Part shown: piece by piece, positions 1 through 7,284 of the stretch
How positions within the stretch are numbered: the stretch's first letter is position 1
Layout: the number at the start of each line of letters is the position of its first letter
Origin: an uncultured archaeon
Lineage (GTDB): Archaea > Asgardarchaeota > Heimdallarchaeia > Heimdallarchaeales > Kariarchaeaceae
Assembly (NCBI GenBank): GCA_964645535.1
Contig: CAZYCQ010000032.1
Location: forward strand, 1 to 10,847
Direction: 5' to 3'
Length of the DNA: 10,847 nucleotides
The notes under the pieces: generated by a model
Database searches by the model: none
What the model was told of the DNA's origin: nothing
The model's input: only the letters and a program-made list of their open reading frames with translations
Position numbers and translations under genes: made by a program

Positions 1-480
1 TTCCTGGGAGGCAAGCAACCTCAAAGTGAGAAGGGAATCATGATCGAGTTTCTGAATAATTGCCGATTTGCAAACTTCTGTTTTTTCATTCAAGAAAACG
101 TCAATAAGCAATTGTTGATCATCGAGCGACTGTATGCCTTCAAGTCGGACATATTTATTGGTATCCTGTTTGAGAAGTTCCGCAAGTGTTTTCTGGTCTT
201 CGATCTTTGCAATGGCCATTTTGCGTAACCACCAATCAGGGGAAGAAGTGACGACCCTAGCAAGGAGTTCATCTCCATCTAATTTGGATACCGCAAGTTT
301 CCGATTGTCTGCATTTGGATCTGAAAGGGCAATTTCACAGAGGATATGTTGATCAGAAATCTTTTGGATTGCATGGAAGCGAATGATGGAAACTGGATCA
401 TTCAGAGCCAATTGGATAAGATGAGACTGATCTTTAAGTTGATTGATTTCCTTCAGTTTGAGTTTCCAATTCTGGCTCAA
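1..480 (-). CDS. Alpha-solenoid repeat protein (26-aa HEAT/LRV-like repeats), 3' end truncated by the window edge; absent from the ORF track
   Basis: Manual translation of the minus strand from TTG at 480 gives 160 codons without a stop to base 1: MSQNWKLKLKEINQL-KDQSHLIQLALNDPVSIIRFHAIQKI-SDQHILCEIALSDPNADNRKLAVSKL-DGDELLARVVTSSPDWWLRKMAIAKI-EDQKTLAELLKQDTNKYVRLEGIQSL-DDQQLLIDVFLNEKTEVCKSAIIQKL-DHDSLL... This is five exact 26-aa units with consensus DQxxLxxxxxxDxxxxxRxxAIxKL. The start codon is uncertain because the frame stays open upstream into the rpoB end. Confidence 0.85.
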   Translation of the reverse strand, partial: MSQNWKLKLKEINQLKDQSHLIQLALNDPVSIIRFHAIQKISDQHILCEIALSDPNADNRKLAVSKLDGDELLARVVTSSPDWWLRKMAIAKIEDQKTLAELLKQDTNKYVRLEGIQSLDDQQLLIDVFLNEKTEVCKSAIIQKLDHDSLLTLRLLASQE

Positions 481-514
481 TTCAATTATGGGTTGATTTA
501 TGAGATTAAGAAGC

Positions 515-3500
515 TTATGTCTTTTCCGTGAGCCGGATACGAGGGGCAATACCCATTGACATCAATTCTTGCAGAAGGAGCTTGAATGCATAGGAGACGA
601 CAATCTTGCTTACATTGACCTCGTCTCTACAAAGGGGACACTGCATTTTCTCCAGCTTACGATTGTAATAGGCCAAGAAACCGCACTGTTCACAGAATAG
701 CGCTTCTGACTTGTCAGATTCATCCAACAGTCTTTCTTTGAGAACCAAAGCGGTTCCATGCCCGATAAGGCAATCACGTTCCATTTCACCAAATTTCAGA
801 CCACCTTCACGTGATCGACCTTCAGTTGGCTGTCTTGTAAGGATTTGAACGGGGCCTCGAGCTCGTGCATGGATTTTGTCATTCACAAGGTGGTGGAGTT
901 TCTGATAGAATGCGATTCCGATAAAGACATCGGTATCAAGCATTTCTCCAGTACGCCCATCGTACATCAATTCCCTTCCATACCGTTGATATCCCGCAGC
1001 ATGCAAGGCTTCTGTGATGTCATCGACTCTTTCTCCTTCGAATGGCGTTGCGGTAATGAAACGACCAGAAATTGCGGCAAGCTTACCTGCAAGAAGCTCA
1101 ATTAATTGGCCAATTGTCATTCTAGATGGAATGGCATGTGGATTGATAATAAGGTCGGGAGAAAGACCATTCTCGGTGAATGGCATGTCGGCAGGATTGA
1201 CAAGGTTTCCAAGAACTCCTTTCTGTCCATGACGGCTAGCGAATTTGTCACCCAATTCAGGGATTCTAAGAGAACGCATTCTAACTTTAACAAGTTTGTG
1301 ACCTTCCTGTGTTTCAGTCAAGATAACAGAATCGACAATGCCGGATTCCCCGAATCTCATGGCTTGTGAGGTTTCACGTCGTTGTTCGGTTCCAATATCG
1401 AAATCCTGTTGTTCTTCAATAAATCTCGGAGGACTAGTTCGACCAATGATCACTTCACCTTTCTTTCCATCAATAAATGTTTCCGGTTCAACAATTCCGT
1501 CTTCGGCCAAATGTCGATAGACTTCAGGATCCTTGTATCCTCTGACACTATCGTCAGGAATGCAGAATTTGTCTTCCTGTCCACCAGGATATCGACGTTC
1601 TTCGCTGACATATGCTCGGAAGAAAGTTGAGCGTCCCAAGCCACGATCGACAGCACCTTTATTGATGATCAGACCGTCCTCCATGTTGTAACCACCATAT
1701 GAGAGGACTGCGACCACAAAATTCTGTCCAGCGGGTCTTAAGTTGAATTTTATGGCATCGATACCATGTGTTTTCACTATTGGAACTTGTGGATAGTGAA
1801 GGATATGAGCACGGGTATCCATTCTCAGACGGAAGTTTGCTGCATAAATGCCCAATGATTGTTTGGCCATTCCTGCCTCATAGACGTTTCTGTCAGACCG
1901 GTTATGCTCTGGAAAGGGAATGAGTGATGCACAAATCCCGAGAATGGCAGCAGGGGAAATTTCCACATGGGTATGTTCCTTAGTTATGTCATCATAGGTC
2001 AGCGCAATGTAGCAGTTTTCTTCCTCTTCCGTATCGAGGTATTCGATGATTCCTTGACGTGTAAGGTCTCGCCATTGCAGTTCTCCAGAGAGAACACGTT
2101 CAACATGAGATTTGGTGAGAAGAGGACGTCCATCCTTAACAATTATCAAGGGTCTACGGACGCGACCTCTATCAGAATTGATCTGAATCTCCTTGGTTTC
2201 TTCATAGTAAGCCACATTTACACCAGGATCAAAGATACGATTTCTTCGTCCTTGCCTGATCTTATAGACAAGACTCTCCCCATCTGGATGAGTTCCAATG
2301 AAAGCACCATTTAGATAGACTTTTGTCACATTAGGATCACTTTCATTTCCATCAGGATCAACACCAAGTTCATAGGTTTCCTGTCGAACATGATCTTCAT
2401 CTCCTTCGGTGGAGATATAGGCTTGCAGTGCAAGATTTTTCACCAATCCACAATTTGGACCTTCTGGAGTTTCAGAGGGACAGATTTTTCCCCAATGAGT
2501 AGGATGGAGATCCCTTGCCTCGAAATGGGGTTGGGAACGTCCAAGAGGTGAAACAACTCTTCGGAGATGGCTGAGAGATGACATGTAATTTGTTCTATCA
2601 AGTAGTTGGGAAACACCAGCCTTTCCACCTACCCAATTGCCAGTTGCCAAGGCGTGACGGAGTCTTTCAGAAATGACATCGGCACGAACGGCAGTTTTCA
2701 GAATCGAACCCCTGTTTCTGTTGAAATTCCTTTCAAGCTGGTACTTTATATCTCGGATGAGGCTTCGGAAGGCATTTCTGAAAAGCAGAAGCAACAGGTC
2801 CCCAGCCAAATTCAACCGTTTGTTTGCGTAATGGTCTTTATCATCAGGAGATCGTTCACCCGTTTCCATTTCCAAGACTTTCTGAGCCATTTGGCAAAGA
2901 AATATGGCCTTCTTTCTACGATCGGACTTTTCATTGCCAAGATGAGGAAGGAGGTAGCGGTCAAGCACCTGCTGTGTACGACTCATCCGGTATTCTTTTG
3001 TTTGACCCACCGCAACCCGTTTTCCGATGAAATCAAGGGCTTCTTCCTCCTTCCTGACTTCCTCTGCCTGCAAGATTGGCAAGAGTTTGGCTCTAACCTT
3101 TGGAGTGGATCCAATTCTTCTTGCAATTTCACCATCTTTTTCCATACCCAAGGCACGAAGAAGCACAATCAGGGAAATCTTTCTGGCGACACTGGGAAAT
3201 GATACACGAAGATTCCCATCCCTTGCCCTTTCCAAAGTGACAGGTGCACGAAAACCTTTCATGGTCGAAAAGACCTTTGCAAGAGAAGTTGCGGTTTTGT
3301 TTTCAAGCTTCTCAACAAGTATTCGGTTTGGAGCAAGGTCCTCTTGGGTAACCAAAACTCTTTCGGAACCGTTGACAATGAAGTAGCCTCCTTCATCAAG
3401 TGGATCCTCTCCATGTCTGATTTTGGTTTCGTCATCCACACCATAAAGACGGCATTTAATGGAATTCAGCATAATTGGGAGGTGTCCTATGAAAACCTTA

Positions 3501-3919
3501 TCCTTCGGGGTCTTTCTAGTCTCTCCTTGAACTGCATCCGGATACACAGCAGTCATTGTGAGATAAATCGGAGCGGCATAGGTAAGATTCCGAATACGCG
3601 CTTCCATAGGCCAGATTTCAGATCGTGATCCATTGGCCTCTTTAATTTCAGGTTCCCCAACAGAGATTTCCTCAAGGATAACATACATACCCCTATTGTC
3701 TTCAGGGCGGATTTCAGCTTCTTCAGAGACAACTTGGGCAAGACCTTGGGTAATGAAAGAGTTATAGGAATCAAGGTGCTGGCGAACCAATCCAAGATCT
3801 TTGAACATGGCATTAAGGATGACCCACTTATCGTCGGCAGTCAATTGGTAATCTTCATTCAACGGATCCTCCATTTCGTCGAATGAAGAGGAGGAAGAAG
3901 GTGATCGATCAGTCATCAT
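515..3919 (-). CDS. rpoB: DNA-directed RNA polymerase subunit B (Rpo2), unsplit archaeal type
   Basis: 1134 aa with the hallmark motifs GLVRQHLDSYN, GGYFIVNGSERV, ETPEGPNCGLVKNL, GYNMED (metal-B acidic pair), GDKFASRHGQKG, PDLIINPHAIPSRMTIGQ, RQPTEGRSREGGLKFGEMERD, the C-terminal zinc ribbon CEQC...CPLC and YAFKLLLQELMSM. The B'' and B' halves are in one ORF. The start could be 3919, 3916 or 3874. Confidence 0.99.
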   Translation of the reverse strand: MMTDRSPSSSSSFDEMEDPLNEDYQLTADDKWVILNAMFKDLGLVRQHLDSYNSFITQGLAQVVSEEAEIRPEDNRGMYVILEEISVGEPEIKEANGSRSEIWPMEARIRNLTYAAPIYLTMTAVYPDAVQGETRKTPKDKVFIGHLPIMLNSIKCRLYGVDDETKIRHGEDPLDEGGYFIVNGSERVLVTQEDLAPNRILVEKLENKTATSLAKVFSTMKGFRAPVTLERARDGNLRVSFPSVARKISLIVLLRALGMEKDGEIARRIGSTPKVRAKLLPILQAEEVRKEEEALDFIGKRVAVGQTKEYRMSRTQQVLDRYLLPHLGNEKSDRRKKAIFLCQMAQKVLEMETGERSPDDKDHYANKRLNLAGDLLLLLFRNAFRSLIRDIKYQLERNFNRNRGSILKTAVRADVISERLRHALATGNWVGGKAGVSQLLDRTNYMSSLSHLRRVVSPLGRSQPHFEARDLHPTHWGKICPSETPEGPNCGLVKNLALQAYISTEGDEDHVRQETYELGVDPDGNESDPNVTKVYLNGAFIGTHPDGESLVYKIRQGRRNRIFDPGVNVAYYEETKEIQINSDRGRVRRPLIIVKDGRPLLTKSHVERVLSGELQWRDLTRQGIIEYLDTEEEENCYIALTYDDITKEHTHVEISPAAILGICASLIPFPEHNRSDRNVYEAGMAKQSLGIYAANFRLRMDTRAHILHYPQVPIVKTHGIDAIKFNLRPAGQNFVVAVLSYGGYNMEDGLIINKGAVDRGLGRSTFFRAYVSEERRYPGGQEDKFCIPDDSVRGYKDPEVYRHLAEDGIVEPETFIDGKKGEVIIGRTSPPRFIEEQQDFDIGTEQRRETSQAMRFGESGIVDSVILTETQEGHKLVKVRMRSLRIPELGDKFASRHGQKGVLGNLVNPADMPFTENGLSPDLIINPHAIPSRMTIGQLIELLAGKLAAISGRFITATPFEGERVDDITEALHAAGYQRYGRELMYDGRTGEMLDTDVFIGIAFYQKLHHLVNDKIHARARGPVQILTRQPTEGRSREGGLKFGEMERDCLIGHGTALVLKERLLDESDKSEALFCEQCGFLAYYNRKLEKMQCPLCRDEVNVSKIVVSYAFKLLLQELMSMGIAPRIRLTEKT

Positions 3920-3947
3920 ACCTTTTTGAGCGTGTATTTATTTGAAA

Positions 3948-3956
3948 TTAATTAAA
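3948..3956 (-). promoter_or_regulatory. Putative TATA box for rpoB
   Basis: The minus strand reads TTTAATTAA 29-37 nt upstream of the ATG at 3919, a spacing compatible with an archaeal short-leader transcript. The AT-rich context makes this weak evidence. Confidence 0.35.
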
Positions 3957-4127
3957 GGAACAATTTATGAGAATTGGGGTTGAATGACATATTCCTTACA
4001 TCAGTTGAACTTTCCAGTCGTTTTTCGGTACAGACCGGGTTCTACCGGAGTATTGGAAATGAAATTTGTGGATAAATTTGTCCATTTTTCCTTCGTTTGC
4101 TAAAGAAGCATCAGACCTTGAGAGAGG

Positions 4128-4168
4128 GCGAAAATTTTAGAGGAAGATAAAGCAGAGATAATTGAGGA
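4128..4168 (+). promoter_or_regulatory. Putative BRE-TATA (GCGAAAA-TTTTAGAG) and Shine-Dalgarno (GAGGA, 4164-4168) for the TPR-coiled-coil gene
   Basis: A purine-rich CGAAAA is followed by TTTTAGAG about 30-37 nt upstream of TTG 4172, and GAGGA lies just upstream of the start codon. The TATA match is imperfect. Confidence 0.35.
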
Positions 4169-4171
4169 TTT

Positions 4172-6211
4172 TTGACAGTCGATGATTCCATCCATCAACT
4201 CAAGCTTTACATTAATTCAGGGAAATTCATGGATGCTCTTGAGGAAATTAAGAATCTTGAGGAAACAACCCTTCCCTTGGACAAGAGAATAGAAATCGAC
4301 ATTCTTAAAGGAAAATTGTCGCTCGAATTAGGAGAAATTGAGGAAACTCGAAAAATTGTTGAAAGAGTGGTAAAAACTTCAAAAGAAATTAACAAGAATA
4401 CAGTTTTCCTCAAAGTCCTTACGTTGCAAATAGGACTTAATATTTTAGAAGGGAACATCGATCAGGCATTTATTCAAATCGATGAATTTGAACGACGATT
4501 AGAAAAGCTTTTGGATCGTGAAAAAAGAGAATTAGAAGAGGAAATTGGATATCTGCATTATGAGAAAGGGATACTGTATTCGCGGAAAGGCAATTATGAG
4601 ATAGCAATTGAGGAATTCAAGAAATATTACATGGTATGCAAACAGATGAGTTTACGTCGAAATTTTGGATTAACTGCATATCAGTTGGGAGAAATTTTTC
4701 GGCTGATTGGCAAGATTGAGACTGCAACAGATTATTTGATAGAAGCATTGCGTGTTTTTGAGGAGATTGAATATTATGAAGGAATGGCAGCCGTATATAC
4801 TGCATTGGAGGAGATATATCGATATGCAGGGGATACAGATATGGCATTTTCCTACGCCCAGAAAAAGAAGGATTTGGATGCGAATGTTCGTCTGAAGAAT
4901 GAGCTATTGAAATCAACAAGAACGATTACAAGGCTTAATCGCGAAATTGAGCAACTCAATAGGGAAAGGATGGAATTAGAACAGAGAGTGCTAAGTCTTG
5001 AATTCGAATTGAATTCAGATATGAGGAACCTGCAAGGCGATTTAAACGAAAACCTTCTTAGAGAAAGGAAAGAGATGGAGGAATTGAAAAAACTGCTTGA
5101 GGTAAAAGAAAAAGAAATTGAAGCGTTAAGAGAGAAATTGGAGGAGAAAAAAGAAGCGGATAAAAGCGATACGGAAGCAATTACAAGACAGCTACTAGAA
5201 CTTGAAGAAGAGAAGCAGAATCTCATATGGAAATTGGAGGGAAAAGATAAAGAGATTAGAAAGGCAGAAGAGAAAATTTTGTCGCTTGAAAGTTCTTTAA
5301 ACGAGAAGGAATCCAAAATTGAATTCTTGGAGAGAGAGATAGCAAGAAAGGAAGAAGAGATTGAACAGCTGGAAAACCAAATTGCAAAAATAAAGGAGGA
5401 ACATCAAAAAGACATTGATGAGTTGATTCTTGGACAAAAGGAGGAGCTCACCTATTTTGAAAAGAAATTCTTCAACCAGAATAAAGAAATTGAACAGAAA
5501 AACCAGCAAATAGCAGAATTAAGTGAAAAATTGAAGGAATTAGAAAGAGAGAACAATAAACTTGGACAAGAAATTCAGATGGTACGGAATGAACAAAATA
5601 ATGACAAAACAATAGAGCTTCAAAACAAGATCAAGCAATTGGAAACCAAGTTAAGTAAAGTGACACGACAAAAGGATACGATAGAAAACAGATTGGAATC
5701 CCGTGAGTTAGAATTAGCTAATTTTAAAGATAGGATAAGCACTCTTACAACCATGCTTAATGAGAGTGAAAAAGAAAAGGAGCAGGTAGTCTTAGACTTG
5801 AGTTTAGCCATGGAAAGAATTGAAGAACTGAAGCAAGTCATCGAAAACATGAAAGAAGAAAATAAAGAGTTGCAACAAGAAATTCTTGCAACACGAGACA
5901 GAAAAGAGGAACCAGAAGTTCCGGCAACTGCATCTCCAGTGAAAGCCGTTGAGAGAATGCCAATTATGAGAAGCACAGTCCAACAAAGGAAGAGGGAACA
6001 ACTGAAAACCCCAGAGGCTCTCAAGTTGGCGGACAGTGTAGAAGAGGTTTTAGAAATCGAAACGGAGATTAGATTAAGACGGTTGGCAATGAATGCAGGA
6101 ATTGCGCCATTTAAAGCCTTGGAAGCAGTTAAAGAACTGGAAAAGGCAGGGTTGATTGAAATAATTTATTCAGGAAAAGATGATTTGAATCCAATTATTA
6201 AGAAAAGGTGA
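4172..6211 (+). CDS. TPR-repeat / long coiled-coil / C-terminal winged-helix protein, function unknown
   Basis: TTG start. Residues ~1-230 form about six ~40-aa TPRs (e.g. GYLHYEKGILYSRKGNYEIAIEEFKK; GLTAYQLGEIFRLIGKIETATDYLIEAL; AAVYTALEEIYRYAGDTDMAFSYAQK). Residues ~235-578 are a proline-free, E/K/Q/L-rich heptad region. A Pro-containing linker covers ~581-615. Residues ~620-679 show a wHTH-like pattern (IRLRRLAMNAGIAPFKALEAVKELEKAGLIEII). No Walker A/B motifs, so it is not an SMC ATPase. Confidence 0.85.
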   Translation: MTVDDSIHQLKLYINSGKFMDALEEIKNLEETTLPLDKRIEIDILKGKLSLELGEIEETRKIVERVVKTSKEINKNTVFLKVLTLQIGLNILEGNIDQAFIQIDEFERRLEKLLDREKRELEEEIGYLHYEKGILYSRKGNYEIAIEEFKKYYMVCKQMSLRRNFGLTAYQLGEIFRLIGKIETATDYLIEALRVFEEIEYYEGMAAVYTALEEIYRYAGDTDMAFSYAQKKKDLDANVRLKNELLKSTRTITRLNREIEQLNRERMELEQRVLSLEFELNSDMRNLQGDLNENLLRERKEMEELKKLLEVKEKEIEALREKLEEKKEADKSDTEAITRQLLELEEEKQNLIWKLEGKDKEIRKAEEKILSLESSLNEKESKIEFLEREIARKEEEIEQLENQIAKIKEEHQKDIDELILGQKEELTYFEKKFFNQNKEIEQKNQQIAELSEKLKELERENNKLGQEIQMVRNEQNNDKTIELQNKIKQLETKLSKVTRQKDTIENRLESRELELANFKDRISTLTTMLNESEKEKEQVVLDLSLAMERIEELKQVIENMKEENKELQQEILATRDRKEEPEVPATASPVKAVERMPIMRSTVQQRKREQLKTPEALKLADSVEEVLEIETEIRLRRLAMNAGIAPFKALEAVKELEKAGLIEIIYSGKDDLNPIIKKR

Positions 6212-7233
6212 ATATATTCAAATTTGAAAAAAACATGCGAGATACAATGGCTGATGACTATGAACAAGCAAAGCAAGGAAATATAGATGCCATGTTCAGA
6301 TTAGGAAAATCATTCCAAGCGCAGCGGTTTTTTGAACCAGCAATTGAATGGTTAAGCAAGGCGGCGCAATTAGGCCATCATGAAGCAGCACTTCATATTG
6401 CAGATTTGTTCGTCAATCAACAGAAGCTTAATGATGCAGCGAAATGGATTGAAAAGGTACAGGATGACAACACCCTTCTTGCAAAGGAGGTCATAGGCAA
6501 ATACTTTTTCCTCCAAGGGGAAAATGAAAAGGCAGAACAATATTTACTTGATGCATGGAAAAATGGGAGCAGGGAAGCAGCACTTCTGTTAGGAAAGATG
6601 TACGAGCAGCAAGGACAGACAAATGAAGCAATAACGTGGTATGAGAAAGGATTAAAAGAGAATGTAGCAGGAAGCATTCCACATCTCATCAGGTTATTGA
6701 AACAAATGAACTTTGAAGAAATGGTTGATACGTGGATAGACTGGATTATTAAAAATATGGAACTTGATCATTTGAAACAGGTCATTCATGTTCTTTCTGA
6801 ACTAAAAGACCGAGATCGAGTTATTTATTGCCTCAAAGAAGCAGCACGAATGGAAGACCCTGAAGCTTTTGCTAGTCTTGGAATGATTGCATTTGGGGAA
6901 GGACAAATGGAGGAAGCCATCAAATATCTGGAAAATGCCATTGAAAATGGATTGGAGGAGGCCAGAGTAAATCTAGGGGTAGTTTTGATTGAAACTGGAA
7001 AAAAGGAGGAGGGATTGGAGGAACTAGAAAAGGCAGCAAAGATGGGAAATGCGGAAGCAATGTTCAATTTAGGGTTATATCTTGTTGACCAATCCCCTTT
7101 CACTGCATTGAAATGGTTGGAAGAGGCATTGGAGGGAGGGATAGAAGAGGCATTTGATATCATTGAAAAATTGCGTTCAGAAATGGAAAAGGCATATCAG
7201 AAAAAGGACAAAAAATCAGAACAGAATTTCTGA
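6208..7233 (+). CDS. Sel1-like/TPR repeat protein (about nine 32-aa repeats), predicted cytoplasmic
   Basis: Repeats such as GNIDAMFRLG...AIEWLSKAAQLG, GSREAALLLGKMY...AITWYEKG and GNAEAMFNLG...ALKWLEEALEGG. Aromatic residues recur at positions 48/80/112/144/176/240. The GTG start overlaps the upstream TGA (GTGA, 6208-6211). No signal peptide or TM helix is visible. Confidence 0.9.
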   Translation: MNIFKFEKNMRDTMADDYEQAKQGNIDAMFRLGKSFQAQRFFEPAIEWLSKAAQLGHHEAALHIADLFVNQQKLNDAAKWIEKVQDDNTLLAKEVIGKYFFLQGENEKAEQYLLDAWKNGSREAALLLGKMYEQQGQTNEAITWYEKGLKENVAGSIPHLIRLLKQMNFEEMVDTWIDWIIKNMELDHLKQVIHVLSELKDRDRVIYCLKEAARMEDPEAFASLGMIAFGEGQMEEAIKYLENAIENGLEEARVNLGVVLIETGKKEEGLEELEKAAKMGNAEAMFNLGLYLVDQSPFTALKWLEEALEGGIEEAFDIIEKLRSEMEKAYQKKDKKSEQNF

Positions 7234-7251
7234 GAAAGTGGCGTGAAATGA

Positions 7252-7267
7252 TAAACCCTTTTTAATT
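7252..7267 (+). promoter_or_regulatory. Possible internal promoter (TAAACCC-TTTTTAATT) for the GTPase gene, or an oligo-T terminator of the upstream pair
   Basis: A TATA-like TTTTAAT lies about 28-34 nt upstream of ATG 7294. GAGAGGA at 7268-7274 could instead serve as an SD for TTG 7285. Confidence 0.35.
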
Positions 7268-7284
7268 GAGAGGAAACCAATCTA

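Noticed and set aside
40-531. Short ORF-track entries at 40-228, 90-278, 134-352 and 346-531
   Set aside because: They are shadows of the real minus-strand repeat gene at 1-480.
782-808. GGLKFGEME instead of the usual GGLRFGEME in Rpo2
   Set aside because: A conservative R-to-K change; not enough alone to claim a functional difference.
610-3813. Antisense and alternate-frame ORFs within rpoB, including the 198-aa ORF at 2606-3202
   Set aside because: They lie fully inside a highly conserved gene and have no recognisable motifs; typical antisense shadows.
515-3919. rpoB looks more GC-rich than the A-rich plus-strand cluster, hinting at horizontal transfer
   Set aside because: Explained by amino-acid composition (Gly/Arg/Pro vs Glu/Lys). 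No mobile-element ends or integrase were seen. Judged by eye, not computed.
3920-4171. Hidden rpoH or tRNA in the intergenic region
   Set aside because: No RpoH-like peptide (HxLVPxH, LPxI, DP, GD motifs) on the minus strand, and no cloverleaf or T-loop consensus.
4860-5910. SMC/Rad50 or myosin-like call for the 679-aa protein
   Set aside because: No Walker A/B, signature, hinge or zinc-hook motif; any similarity would come from coiled-coil composition alone.
4207-7163. Ser/Phe/Leu-rich minus-strand ORFs (e.g. 4852-5316, 5620-6024)
   Set aside because: They are the reverse complement of GAA/AAA-rich Glu/Lys codons of the plus-strand genes.
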